A DNA stretch of 64,000 nucleotides, from positions 62,001 to 126,000 of the forward strand of contig JBLDXI010000003.1 in NCBI GenBank assembly GCA_047495785.1. Direction: 5' to 3'. The notes below the pieces were generated by a model, which saw only the letters and a program-made list of their open reading frames with translations, was not told the origin of the DNA and made no database searches. Made by a program: the position numbers and the translations under genes. The stretch is from Lepidodermella squamata (taxonomy: Eukaryota > Animalia > Gastrotricha). Positions 25,190 through 37,413 of this stretch are shown here, in pieces. Numbering within the stretch: the stretch's first letter is position 1; every line of letters begins with the position of its first letter.

Positions 25190-26850
25190 TTGGACGGAAA
25201 GGCGAGTTCCTGACGATTTTCTTAATCTAATTTTGATTCCAATACCTAAGAAAGGCGACTTGAAAAAATGTGCAAACTACCGAGGAATAAGCCTAATAAG
25301 CATTGTCGCGAAATGTTACGCCCGTATTTTGGAACGCAAACTTCGATTAAAAGTTCGAAAAATTTTAGAAGACAACCAGCACGGGTTTATGGAAGGTAAA
25401 GGCATAGGCGATTGTACTTTCATGCTAAAACAGTTAATAGAAAAATTTGTTGAGTTTGAGCAATTATTTTTTATTACTTTCATGGACTTGGAGAAAGCCT
25501 ACGACTTTGTTGACCGCGAAGAAGTGTGGAAAGCGCTCGAGGGACTGGGAGTAGAACAAGACCTCATCGAAAACATAAAGGCCTTGTATAGAGACAGCAT
25601 AGCAACAGTTAGGGTTGGTGGTGTTGCTTGCGAGCCTTTCAGGGTCACAAAAGGGCTCAGACAGGGTTGCCCTTTATCACCGTTGTTATTTATTTGCGTC
25701 TTCAATGTTGTATGCCAGAGAGTTAAGTTAGAAAAGTGCGGAGTACCTCTCACTGACGAAGAGTGGCTAAATATTTTGGCTTTTGCTGACGATACTGGGC
25801 TGTTAGCCATGCATAGAAACGACATGCAGCTTCTTATCGATATTTTTGTTGAGGCTTGCCAGAGTCTAGGGCTCAAAATAAATGTGCCAAAAACCAAATT
25901 CATGGTCATTAACAAAGGAGATGAAATTGTTGAGCCTTTTATTATTTACAACGAACGACTGGAAGAAGTTAGTAGCTTCACATATTTAGGTAGTATAATT
26001 ACCTCAGATGGAGCTTCAAAAAACGACATCAGGGCCAGAATAGAGAAAAGTTGCAAAGCTTTCGGCGCCTTGAAAAAATATATTTTTGGTAATAAATCTA
26101 TTCCTATTAGCGTAAAAATGAAGTGCCTTCGAGGTACAGTAGAACCGGTTGCGAAATTTGGGGGTGAAAATTGGACGATGACCAGTGAGGATGAGCGGCG
26201 ACTGAACGTTTGTCAGATGCGGTGCCTACGTAGCATTTGCGGTGTCACTTTGAGGGACAGGGTTAGGAATGATTATATTAGAGAGAAATGTGAAACTCAA
26301 AAATTATCTTCGATAGTAGCAAGACATCAACTTAGGTGGTACGGCCATGTTGCTCGCATGGACCCCGAACGGCTAACCCACCGAGTACGGTATTGGAACG
26401 TGCCGGAGGGTTGGAAACGGCCTAGAGGCAGACCTAAACTAAGGTGGCTCGACTGTATTAAGAAAAATTTGGGACGGGTGGGAATTCAAAATTTAGAGGA
26501 TGCAGATGATCTAGCGAAGGACAGGAATGAGTGGAGGCTGAAAATTCATAGTCTGGGGTGATGAATCTGATTCTTCTCGAGGGTTTTTGCATATTTTTTA
26601 TTACAGATGTAAAATGATTTCGGTTTGACTAGGATCGGTCCCCTAGACTGGTCCTCCTCCGACACGCGCTCTGCTTGCCAGGTCACCCCCGTGACCTGTC
26701 CGGCAGAGTGTGTACACCGGAGTGATTTTTATTCCTCAGCACGCCTTTTGTTGTTTTTCTATTGTTGTTTTTTACTGTTCTTTTATAAAGTGCTGAAGAA
26801 TAAAGAAAATGTTATGTTATGTGTTATGGTAATAAAAATGAAATAAAACT
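25190..26850 (+). mobile_element. 5'-truncated RTE-clade non-LTR retrotransposon (reverse transcriptase ORF 25233-26561 plus 3' UTR)
   Basis: IPIPKKGDLKKCANYRGISL, QHGF, DLEKAYD, GLRQGCPLSPLLF, FADD, FTYLGS, LRWYGHVARM, KRPRGRPKLRWLD; no endonuclease domain; A-rich tail. Confidence 0.92.
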
Positions 26851-27626
26851 ATTTTTCAAGCCCAAATGAGTGAGTATGATATTCTACTGGCTTCTACTGA
26901 GTGGAAATTTGGCGTAGGCTTTCGTGGTTCAAGCTTGAATTCATGGCCTCAGACTAACAATTCTAGATCCACGGGGGCTAACTAGGGAACTGGCGTCGGA
27001 AATCTTTTTCTCCGAGTTGAGTTACCAAATTTTTCCATCTGACTAAACCAGAGTCTTTCACTTGCTACCTTCAAAAACATTGGGAGAATTTCGCATTTCT
27101 TTGCTTAAAAACGGCCGCATGAACTTTCAGCCTGCCTCCTCCTGATATCGGATTATGAATACTTCAAAGCATTGCGCAGCCGTTTCTCGAAAAATTTGCG
27201 ATCAACTAAATATCTATGACTCCGATTTTGACGCGGCCCAAAAACCATTTCCGGGTTATAGTTTTTAGGACAAAGAAAAAGGGAAGGCCATATTTCTCTC
27301 CACAATCTGTTTACAAAGTGTAAAAGGACACGCCCCCCTTTTCCGAAAATCCCCTCAAGTTTTGCTGTCCCAATGTTATTTTTGGCGAGAAATATAGGTA
27401 CAGAAACAAGAATTCACATTCCAAATTTTATTATTCATTTTTTCACGTTGATTTCTCGTTCAATATTTCTCTCTCTCTCTTTCTCTCGACATGCAATGAT
27501 GAGTAAAACAGACAGAACTGAGCGTTCAATTGGTTGAGAAGGTTTAACGATGAGGTATACAATCGCAAAGCAGTATAGACTAATATCAAAAGCGAACGAT
27601 AAATCAAAAACGAATCAAAATCTTCA

Positions 27627-28697
27627 TCATTTACTCGGCACAACGCGACACGCAACGGGCGAGGTAACGGCGACAAAACTCGGCACCATGCCGTAGCACT
27701 CGATGAGGTCGGCCCGTAAGGACGAAGATCTGGCGACGGCTGGGTTCGAGGCCAACTTTCCCTTCTGCTGGCTGCTTTGACACCGACTGCGATGCGAGAC
27801 AACAACAACGAGCGAGCCGTCGCGAGAGCAATACGTCGCTCGCAGCTCAACCGAATCGAGGGCGAAATTCTAGAAAAAAATGAAAAAATTAATGATTGTA
27901 CTGAAATATATTTCTGGCTTCAGCCTAGTATCCTAAAAACGCGCTTCCTTGAAATCGAGGATTAAATCCCATATAATACTCTCGGTAAGCTAAATTTTAG
28001 AAGAACAGACAAATTTCCCGCAAAAAATGCAAATTTAGGAATTGGCTGCGCAACTTCTGGGACACGTCGAATATAACACGTAGCTAAATTCAAAACCTTA
28101 GGGTCATTGGGATCAGAATGGGATAAAGGTGAATTTGAAAATTAGCAAAAATTAACTCTAAAATTTTGCGAATATTTCCGATTTTGTTTGAAAATCGTTC
28201 GAAATTTTCAGAATTTTCAAAATCAATTTGTTCACAATTTCAATTGATAAATTTCCAAGATTTGGTGGTTGAAGACTCTAGCACTAATTTTGTTCGAATT
28301 TGAAGTTTACCTGAGGGAGTGGAATGTCGCGTTGATAACACCGCGAGATCCACGCGTGTTTAGCGAGGCGTAACTGCTTGGCACCGATCCTAACGCACTG
28401 GCACGTGGTATCGAGTTCGACATGCACATCCTGTGGCTTGAAATTGCGCAGCTCAACCCGCATCCACGTCAGCTGCAGTTTCGAACACCGGTTGACAACA
28501 CGGACCCAGCCATGCGGGTCGAAGGGTGACGGCGATTGCGAGGCGAAAAGTGATGGGTCATCGTCACTGTCTGACAAGTACGAGATGCTAAGCTGGCTCG
28601 TCGAGGCAATGTCTAGTTCAATGCCCGAGTCGTCGCTGTCGAAGGGCGAGCAGCACTCATCCTCCGTGATCATGTTGAGCTTTTTAAATGAGGTCAT
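27627..28697 (-). CDS. Small heat-shock protein (divergent alpha-crystallin domain)
   Basis: Exons about 28697-28311 and 27869-27627; VELRNFKPQDVHVEL..WISRCYQRDIPLPQ/NFALDSVELRATYCSRDGSLVV; TATATAAA about 65 bp upstream of the ATG. Confidence 0.7.
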
Positions 28698-29689
28698 GGT
28701 AAAAAATTACTTGTGGATTAAAATGCGACCAAACTCATCGGCGGGCTTTACGTGCGTATTTATATATCGATGACATGGCGCGCCTAGAGGTCATCGAGCG
28801 ATGAACTTCGCACCCGATCTGGCTTATAGACAATGATGCGCGACAGACAGCACGTGGACTCGCCCTTTGACCCGGCCGAGTTCGCTTGTTACTGAATCAC
28901 GTGATCGTCTCGCACGCACAGTCCAGTTTTTTAAATTGAAATTGAATCACGTGGACGAGCGAATGAGGTTATCAGAGTGGGATAGAATGAGGAATCAGCC
29001 AAATGATGACAGCTCAATTTCAGCCTTGATTGCGACAGCTTGGGTCTATTTCTAGCCGAACTTTGCTCTTTCAGCATGTTCAAAAACATGACTCACTTTT
29101 ATCTAGCGCGCGCGACTTTGGTGTTTACTCACCCATGTTTTTATGAAAACAATGATTAATACTTATCGATGTTTCTACTTCGTTTTAGCCGCAAGTGCAC
29201 ATAGGTAGCCAGTCAGCTGAAGATCAGATTAATTTAATTCATCCTCAGGTAAATCAGGTACATTTTTCGAACAAAGCAACGATCAGCGTATTCAACCGGT
29301 GTCAGACATTCTACATTCGCTTTGATCTCTGAAATACCGAATTGGTTTACACAGTGCCTTCGAATTATTTTGCATTACCCTGAATTGCTGCCTTCGCGCC
29401 TGCCTTGTGATTTGATAACAGAAATTGGAATCTTACACCAACTTAGGCTTTTGCAAAATTTGCCTCTCGCGATAACTCAGCACATGATTAAAAATGCGAG
29501 TTCGAAATGACAAGTGATCGCGACATCAAACGAATGAACATTTTATAGACCTCTATTTCGAGCTCGTCCTTCATTTCTATTTGAGACCTGTTACCCTTGC
29601 CTTCAATCCGGTCCTGCTACAGTAGCTCTGCAATAAAATTCGGAACTCATTTCTCTTCAGTTTTACGTGAAATTTGAAACTCAGCAATG

Positions 29690-29990
29690 CATCACCTCTT
29701 CGACTTGGCCCGGCTGTGCCGAAATAGTCCCGAATTTCAAAATTTGTTTGAAACATTTGCTGTCATTCCTTAAAACAGGTAACCGATTCATCATCGCCAA
29801 CTTGTATGCGAAAATCCCGCCATGGTTAAAACATATCTCTGCTGGTGATAGGTTACTAAATAGCAAAAAATCGGCTGTTAATTCGCTGGCTTTCAAAGCG
29901 CAATATGTTTGGACTTCCTAGCATGGAGCAAGTTTCGAACTCAATTTCCGTCAATCTCTGGTTCATTTCTTCAACGAACTGGTTTCTCCA
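29690..29990 (-). pseudogene. Decayed paralog fragment of the kinase at 1-1790
   Basis: GATTCATCATCGCCAACTTGTATGCGAAAATCCC (about 29789) aligns with GATTCATTGTTGCCAATTCATATGCAATAACACCC (about 929); GIFAYKLAMMN vs GVIAYELATMN; frames disrupted. Confidence 0.55.
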
Positions 29991-30099
29991 ATCAAATTAG
30001 AGAGTAGTTGTGAAATTTGAAACCAGCTTGAGAGTAGGTATTTGAAATTCGACTGCTCCCACGAACTCGACCCGTGAAAAAACAAGGCTTGGAAATGTG

Positions 30100-30660
30100 T
30101 ATCGACGACGACGACAACGATTATACTTTTATTATTATTACTGATATCATTCTCATTATTATTATCATTTTTGTTATTGATTATGAAGATGCTGATGCTG
30201 ATGATGTAGAAGTTTGTGTGTATGGTGACGATCTTCGCGGAGGAGCCACGGAACAGAACACGAAAAAAACAGAGACGCAATAAGAAGAATAATAATAATA
30301 ACAATAATAAGACAATGACGACAATAATAAGAGACGACGACGACGACCAAAGTGAATAAGACTTCTTGTCATCATCATACCAATTAAGGTATGTAGTAAC
30401 AATGATAGGGTAGCAACATAATACGGACGGACGGACGGAGACACGCGGCTGGCTGGCTGGCTGGGGCGGCTAGGATAACATGAAATGATATTATAGCAAA
30501 CAGAAACAATAACTGCACAGTGAGGTTAAGTAAGTATCGCAATTTCGTTTCAACATGATCAAGATCCAAGTGTAAAACACTATCATATATCAACTACCAA
30601 GTTATCGACTACTACAACTACAACTACTAATTTTTCTCTTTGTTTTTCATAGTGATAATG
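30100..30660. repeat. Microsatellite-rich tract (GAC, TTA/TAA, GAT, ACGG, GGCT, ACT) downstream of DNAJC14-like, probably 3' UTR
   Basis: Visible short tandem repeats. Confidence 0.7.
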
Positions 30661-30723
30661 ACAATAATAGCTTTCTGCTGCTGCGGCTGACGATCATCAG
30701 GTGAATCAGGCTATTTCGCTCGC

Positions 30724-33700
30724 TCATTTTTTTCTCCGTTTTGTCGACGTTGTTGCGGTTGTATTCGACGCCGTTGTTAAAGCTGATGACATACTACTAC
30801 TGCCAAGTTGGTGGTGGTTCAGCAACACTGGCGATTCAACAGCTGCATTATTGAAATTGCCGGTCGTCGTCGATTTGAGGGCGATGCGGGCGTGGCACAG
30901 CGGCAACGCAGCCGCCGCCCAGCAGCAGTCAATCGAGTGCTGCTGCTGCTGGCTGCTGCTCGATGATCCGTTGCCTTGGCCATTATTCGGATCGTTACCA
31001 CTGCCGTTGCCGTTACTACTGGCGCTCAGGTGGTTGTTGAGGGCGGTCGGGTTCGGCGGTTTGCGCATCGCCAGGCCGCTCTCGTCCAGCTTCACGCTCA
31101 GCTCCAGCTTGTACGCTATCGCCTGGCTGTGCGACGGCGGCACGTCCAACCGCAACGACTTCGAACCTACATTAAATACAATAAAATTCATAAAAAAATA
31201 TTCCGGTAAATAACAAAAAGAAACAAATTGTTCCAAAAATTGAGGGCACTTGGCGAGAAATCGCTTACCACTAAGAAAATCACCCAAACTCCGAATTTAC
31301 CCAGCCAGTCGTTAAATTTCCTAATTTTCAAGTTTCTCGGCGATCTTAGCGGTTGTTTCTTTAAATATTTTCCAACAGAACTTTAAATAATTTCGAACTC
31401 CGGGACCGTTCGTCAACTACTGAAGTGTCATTTCCGAAAAATATTTCAAATGATGACTACGCCCGTGATCTTAAACTGGTGATAACGACTTGTGCAAAAA
31501 CTCGCGTTTAATTCTATAATTATAAATTGGGAATGTTTGAAAAATAAAATATAAGTATAAAATCCCGAAAATGTTGAAAATGCGGTCGAAGTCAAAGCAA
31601 TTATTTTGAAATTGGTTCTGTTTTTTTTCTTCCCCATGGCGATATTATTCAGCCGAGTCGGAAATTCTTTATTGAATTCTTTATTGAAATTCTGTTGCTC
31701 GGGCGAATTCAACTATTTAGCTCGAAAAAACCAGAATTCTCGCATTAAAATCCAAAATTTGAAAATGCCGCAACTGCCTATTTTTCTGAATTATGAGAAG
31801 TATACTATAAATTAAACGAAAAATCAACAGCCGAAATCAGCTATCTTTAAATCGACTCAACTATTAAAAGAGATTCCCTATGAAATCGGCAGTATTCGTT
31901 TGAATCAGCCGTCAGCTTTTAATTTGAGTAAAATTGTAATCGAATATTGATTACAGACCTGTCTGAGCTTGTGGGTTGTTGTAGCTGTTGTTGCCGCTGC
32001 CGGGTAGCGTGAGACGAGCCCGACAGCACGGCACGAGATCAGTCACGTCGTAGATGCCGGCCACGCCGGTGCCGCCCACGTCCAGGCACGCCACGTACCG
32101 AATCTCTGTGACAGTGGTCGTGGTGATGGTCGATGCAGTCGTCCCACTTTCACCCTCGATTTGTTGTTGCTGTTGTTGCTGGACTTCGTAGACCTCGGCC
32201 CACACGTCGTTGAGCTCGACGGCGTGGTGGTAGGCGGCGGCGGGCGAGCAGCGGTGGCAGGGCCGCGCGGCCGACTGCCGGCGGTCGGGCAGCTCGACGA
32301 GCGCGTGCACGACGCCGCAGTCGTAGCACTGGAACGCGAGGCTGTCGAGCAGGAGCGCGCTCGGCTGCTGTTCGTAGTAGTAGTAGTAGTAGTTCGACGA
32401 GCTGCTGCTGCTCGCCTGCGCCGACCGCTTCGCCCACGACCGCAGCACGAACTCGGCCGAGGCGACGAGCTCGCAGTCGTAGCGCTGCCGAGCCTCGCGC
32501 GACCCCACGTCGTTGCACACGCGCCGGAACACCGCGCCCGCCTCGTCCAACTGCGTCGACTTCTTGTGGTTCTGCAAAATGCAAGACATAACAACCTTAG
32601 CTCCTTATCACTCTCTTTTCGGCTATTAAGAACTTTCTGAATATGGGCTTTTTCAATTTTTCAATTTGGTCAATACAACTAATTTCTATCGATTTTAATT
32701 TCAATTTTTGCACATAATTCCGTACAATTTGGATTTCTAATAAAATACCCGGAAATTCTTTTCTAACCGTAATAAACCGGACAAGGTAAGAGTAAGACCC
32801 TAAAAGTTTTCTGTAGGTCAGCGCTTCTCAAACGGTGGGTCGCGACCCCCGCGGGGGTCGCGGGCCCTTTTTTCGTGGGTCGCCGAGTCAGCCGGAGGTC
32901 GCGGGGGTCGCCTGTTGCTTTTCATAAAACTTGAATATTGCAAAAAATTTGGTTCATTTTTAGTCACTCTTCCAGAGAAAATCTTTAAAAATAGCGTTAG
33001 CTAAAGCTCGCTTCGCTCGCATCCAATTTTATTTGACTAAAAACCGTCTGAAATTGCTGTTGAGAGCCGAGTTCATGTATATTTCGATGAAATTATGTGA
33101 AAAAATGCTGTACATTGGGTGATATTTTATTGCTTGGACCCAAAATGCTTGAAGTTTTGAGCATATTTTCCCACACTGAAAAATTGAAAAAATGCAAAAA
33201 ATCGCTGGGGGTCGCAGCCTGGTAAAGCATTTTGATTTTGGGGTCGCTAGGTGTGCGGTGTTGAGAAGCCCTGCTGTAGGTCTTCAAAGCGGAAATTTAC
33301 AAAAAATGACAAGAAGGATGTTACCGAAACCGATTTCAGATTTCAGGATCTCTCAGCTAATAGCTGCTGAATTTTCAAAGATTTTCAAAAATTCCAATCA
33401 CTATCGAGATTTTCGTATTGAACCTGTTTCGGCTTTATTATCAGCAAATTTGGAACTTCAAATACGCTTCACATTTCGAATTTTATCGTTTCTACGGATT
33501 TTTCCACTATTGCGGTCTTCTGTGGAGTTTTCATCCCAAATTTCATTTTTTCTGATTTGAATGAAGATGATACCCTCTGGATCAACCCTTCATATCATCT
33601 AGAATTCGGAATAATTTGCAGCGAATATATGAAACGAACCTGTGTGAGCAGTCGGGCCAATTGTCGCAGTCTCGCTCCGATGTCGTCCTGTTTCGCGTCG

Positions 33701-36700
33701 TAGCGGCAGCCGAGAACCGTGTACGCATCCGCGTCCTGCAGCGCCACGAGCCGGCGCAGCACCTCGGCGGACGATGATGGCAGCGCGAGGGCTCGCGGCA
33801 GCCCGTACAGCCGCAACAGCGCAAGGTACGACATTTGCCGCGGCTCGGCGACGACGGGCCGCGCGGGCAGCAGGCGCCGCACGCGCACGTAGCCGCTGCG
33901 AACGCCCGAGAACACGGCGCCCAACACCCATGCAACGCTAGACACAATCTACAACGAAAAATAAATATTTTTAAAAATTATTCATAATTATTCACATTTT
34001 TCATAAAAAAAAAACTAAAATTTTCATTCATTTTCATTTATATTTTTTCTTTCGCTTCAAATTCTTTCATCTTAAATTTCACACCTTCGTTATAATCCCA
34101 TGAGAGAAAATATTTCCTTGGAGTGATTTTTATTACAGTCCAAGTTTTTCCGACATTTCGTCGTGACCGCGAGAATGAGAAGGACTCACGATGGGTATAT
34201 AAATGTGCTTATACACTGCATTAAACTAGTAAACAATTGATTTTCTGGATGAAATAAACATTATCGGAATAGCAAAATGCAATAATAAACACGAGCCGTT
34301 AGCGGGCACGCTTCTTCTTCTTCTTCTTCGTATTCTCGTTCTAGTTCTTCTAGCGCGTGTACTAGGCCTAGCTAGCTATTGCTTATGTTTAGGCTGAGTA
34401 ATCGTGGCGCGTTCATAAACACAAATAACGAACGAAAAGCGAGCGAGTAGGAAGGCTGGCTGGCGGCCATCACTCGCCATCGATTGCTTAGAGGGCCGGC
34501 TGTTAGACTCGGCGGCGGCGGCACAATCACAATTTGGTACAGCAATGATACAGCAATGATATGTGTGTTCAACAAAACGAGACTGCGGTGAATTATTTGA
34601 CGTAGTAAATTTCGAATTTATCAAATTAATCAAGAAAATATTCCAGCTAAACTTATTTTCCGGTAAATACAGAAAACAGCTCAGAAATAGGCATTATCAC
34701 TAGAAAAAATTGGAGATGGAACTTTTTCAAACTTGTTTCGGTGAATATTCATACAACTAATAAGTTGAAATTTTGAGAAATTCACGGCCAAATGTCTAGA
34801 AATGTCTAGAATTTCACTTTTATCCAAACTGTTGGTCCATAAAGGATCTCAATAACTAGTAACAAATTTCCAAAAAATACCGGCATAAAGCTTCTTCCAA
34901 GATAAATTCCCAAGAACAGGTCACTATTTCTTAGAATTAAGCTCGAAATTACGGAAATTGCGACTATTCAATATATAAATATTATCGAAAAATTAAAGAT
35001 TGCTACGTACCACTCCGAGAACGAATCGAACTCCGGCGCCGATGCGAGCCAGCAGGACAACGAGCCACAGGCCGAGGGCGGCTAGGAACGCCCAGACTTT
35101 CATGAGAACAGCCGACGCCGCTCCGCCGGCCGACTCGCCGTTCTTCGCCGCGCCCCGCTTCGACCCGGCCCCACCGCCACTGCCACCGCCCGATTTCTTG
35201 CTGCGGTGCGAGCGACTCGTGGTCGTCGTCGCAGTCGCCGCCCGTTGTCGCTGCACAATCACCGACGACGAGTCGTCGTCATCGAGCGTGAGCAGCTCGG
35301 CGTCGTCCAGCTCCGACTCGGCGGCGTCCAGCGACGACGTCTGCGCCAGGCGGCGGTTGCCGCGGCCGCGCGTCTCCGCGTTGAACACAGAGTCGCTGCT
35401 GCTCGCATTCGCCGACCCCGCCGCCCCGCCGCCACTCGCCAAGTCCGCCGGCATGGCCGACACCGCGCCGCTCGTCGTGCTCGAGCGTGTTCGCCGGCTC
35501 TTCGGGTCCAAGTTGCCCACGCTCGCCGGTTTCGCAGTAGTTGTATTAGTAACAGCCTGCTGCTGCACGCTGCTGTTCACGCGCATCGGCTCGACTTTGG
35601 CGACCACGATCGGCTTGCCGTTTCGCGACAGGTTCGAGCGCGACGAGGCGAGCGAGAAATTAGCGTTCGCCAACGAATTCCCCACCACGACGGGCAGCGA
35701 TGGGCTCGGCGGCACCGAACTCGCCGTCTGCACCGGGGCCGGGGTGACAGGCCTCGATTGTTGTTGCTGCTGTTGTTGGCTATTTCGAAAAAAAAACGAA
35801 AAATTAAGCCAAGTCGCGAAAAAGTACATTTCAAAAATTTGAAGAGCAAATTTGAAAAACTGGATTCGAAACCAGAAATTGTAGAACTGCTCTTCAAGTT
35901 CAATGGGGTGACTTTGGCATATCGAAAATCGACGTTGGTAAGGTACAGACCACGTGAGTGGGGTGCCGTTGGATAGACTGAGAAAAGGACCGTCTGGATT
36001 GCTCTATTTACTTAAATATAACTTATTTCGGGGCATGAAACCCAACGGCAATCCAACGGTATCAGAGTTTAATATTTTGGAAATAGGTGTTCACAAGCAT
36101 TATTGTATACCATATTTTTACCATATTTTTGAAAATTGTCAGAAGTAGTTGCAAAATTACTGTAAAATCAAAGGAAATTCTCAAGTTCTTGAATTGAGCC
36201 CAACATGAAAATAATAGAAAATGCATTAAAAATCGACAGAGTTGCTTAGCTGATAGCATACTATAAGCAGTTTTCGAGCCCCTATTAGTAATTTTTGTCA
36301 TAATTTAGGCACCTATGAAGATTTCCAAATTTTCTAAGGACTCGGAAAGACTGAAATCCCAAAAATCCTGAAAATTCAAAATAATATTCTGGAGATGATC
36401 ATAAGAATAAGCTCGCCAACAAAATTATGCTTGATATTAAGAAACCAAAAATTTTAAAATGCTTTTACTGCTTTGAAGCACTGAAAACAACTGTTTGAAT
36501 GAAATCTGGAAAAATTCAAAGTTTGCATTTCCACTAATGTGATCGGATTTCCATTCGGTATCAAATAGCGATCACTTATTGAAATCCTCTTTATAAATTC
36601 TCGTTTAACAGCATTAATGAAGAAGAATATGTACCTGGTAGTTGCAGAATCCAGCGATTTTTTGACAACGTCCGAAAACTTCGGCCTCGCCGCTTCATAC

Positions 36701-37413
36701 GGCGACCACACGTCGTTTTGCGGCGGCGGAGGCGGTGGCAAATTCTCACCCGCCGGCGTCGCAGTCGCGGGCGGGAAAAATCGCTGTTGCTGCTGCTGCT
36801 GCTGCTGGTGATGTTGCGCTTGTTGTTGCTGTTGTTGCTGCTGAACAATCACAGGCTTATTTTTACGCGAAACTCGCGTTTGCTGCGGCTGTTGCTGTTG
36901 GTGATGTTGTTGAATTTGCGGCTGCTGTACCTGTTGCTGAACCTGCTGTTGGTGCTGCTGCAGCTGGGGCTGAGGCGACGTGTCCTCGGCAAAGCTGCGC
37001 AGAGACAACAGCAGAGACGCCGCAATCGGGTTCGTCTCCGAATCGAACCCACCCAGCGACGGTTGTTGCATGGTGTTACTATTACTACCGCCGAACATCA
37101 GATTATCATTGGCCGCGCCGCCGCTGGTTGGCCCGAACAACGGCGCCGAGTAGAACCCAGCCGCCGCCGGAGGGTACGCCCCCGTTATCAAATTTTGCAC
37201 TTGTTGCTGCTGCTGTTGCTGTTGAACATGCTGCTGCACATTTGGCGATGGCACGAAATCAGGCACGGACACGTGAAATGGCTGTTGCTGCTGCTGGTGC
37301 CACATCATCATCATTTGGGCCGCGGCCGGCTGCGACAGCAACGGCGTCTCGCCGAACAACGCAATTTGCTCGCCGAGTTCACGCAGTCGGTCTTCGTTCA
37401 GTTTGCCGTCCAT
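30724..37413 (-). CDS. DNAJC14: DNAJC14 (Jiv/DRIP78)-like protein with poly-Q N-terminus, TM region, degenerate J domain and Jiv90 zinc-binding domain
   Basis: Exons 37413-36635, 35779-35011, 33948-33640, 32571-31959, 31166-30724; LALPSSSAEVLRRL..DAYTVLGCRYDAKQDDI, CYDCGVVH..AARPCHRC..HHA..NDVWAE..YVAC..IYDVTD; basic C-terminus. Confidence 0.78.
32819..33273. mobile_element. Non-autonomous hAT (Charlie-like) DNA transposon
   Basis: TIRs CAGCGCTTCTCAA / TTGAGAAGCCCTG, perfect 8-bp TSD CTGTAGGT (32811-32818 and 33274-33281), subterminal GGGTCGC repeats. Confidence 0.9.
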
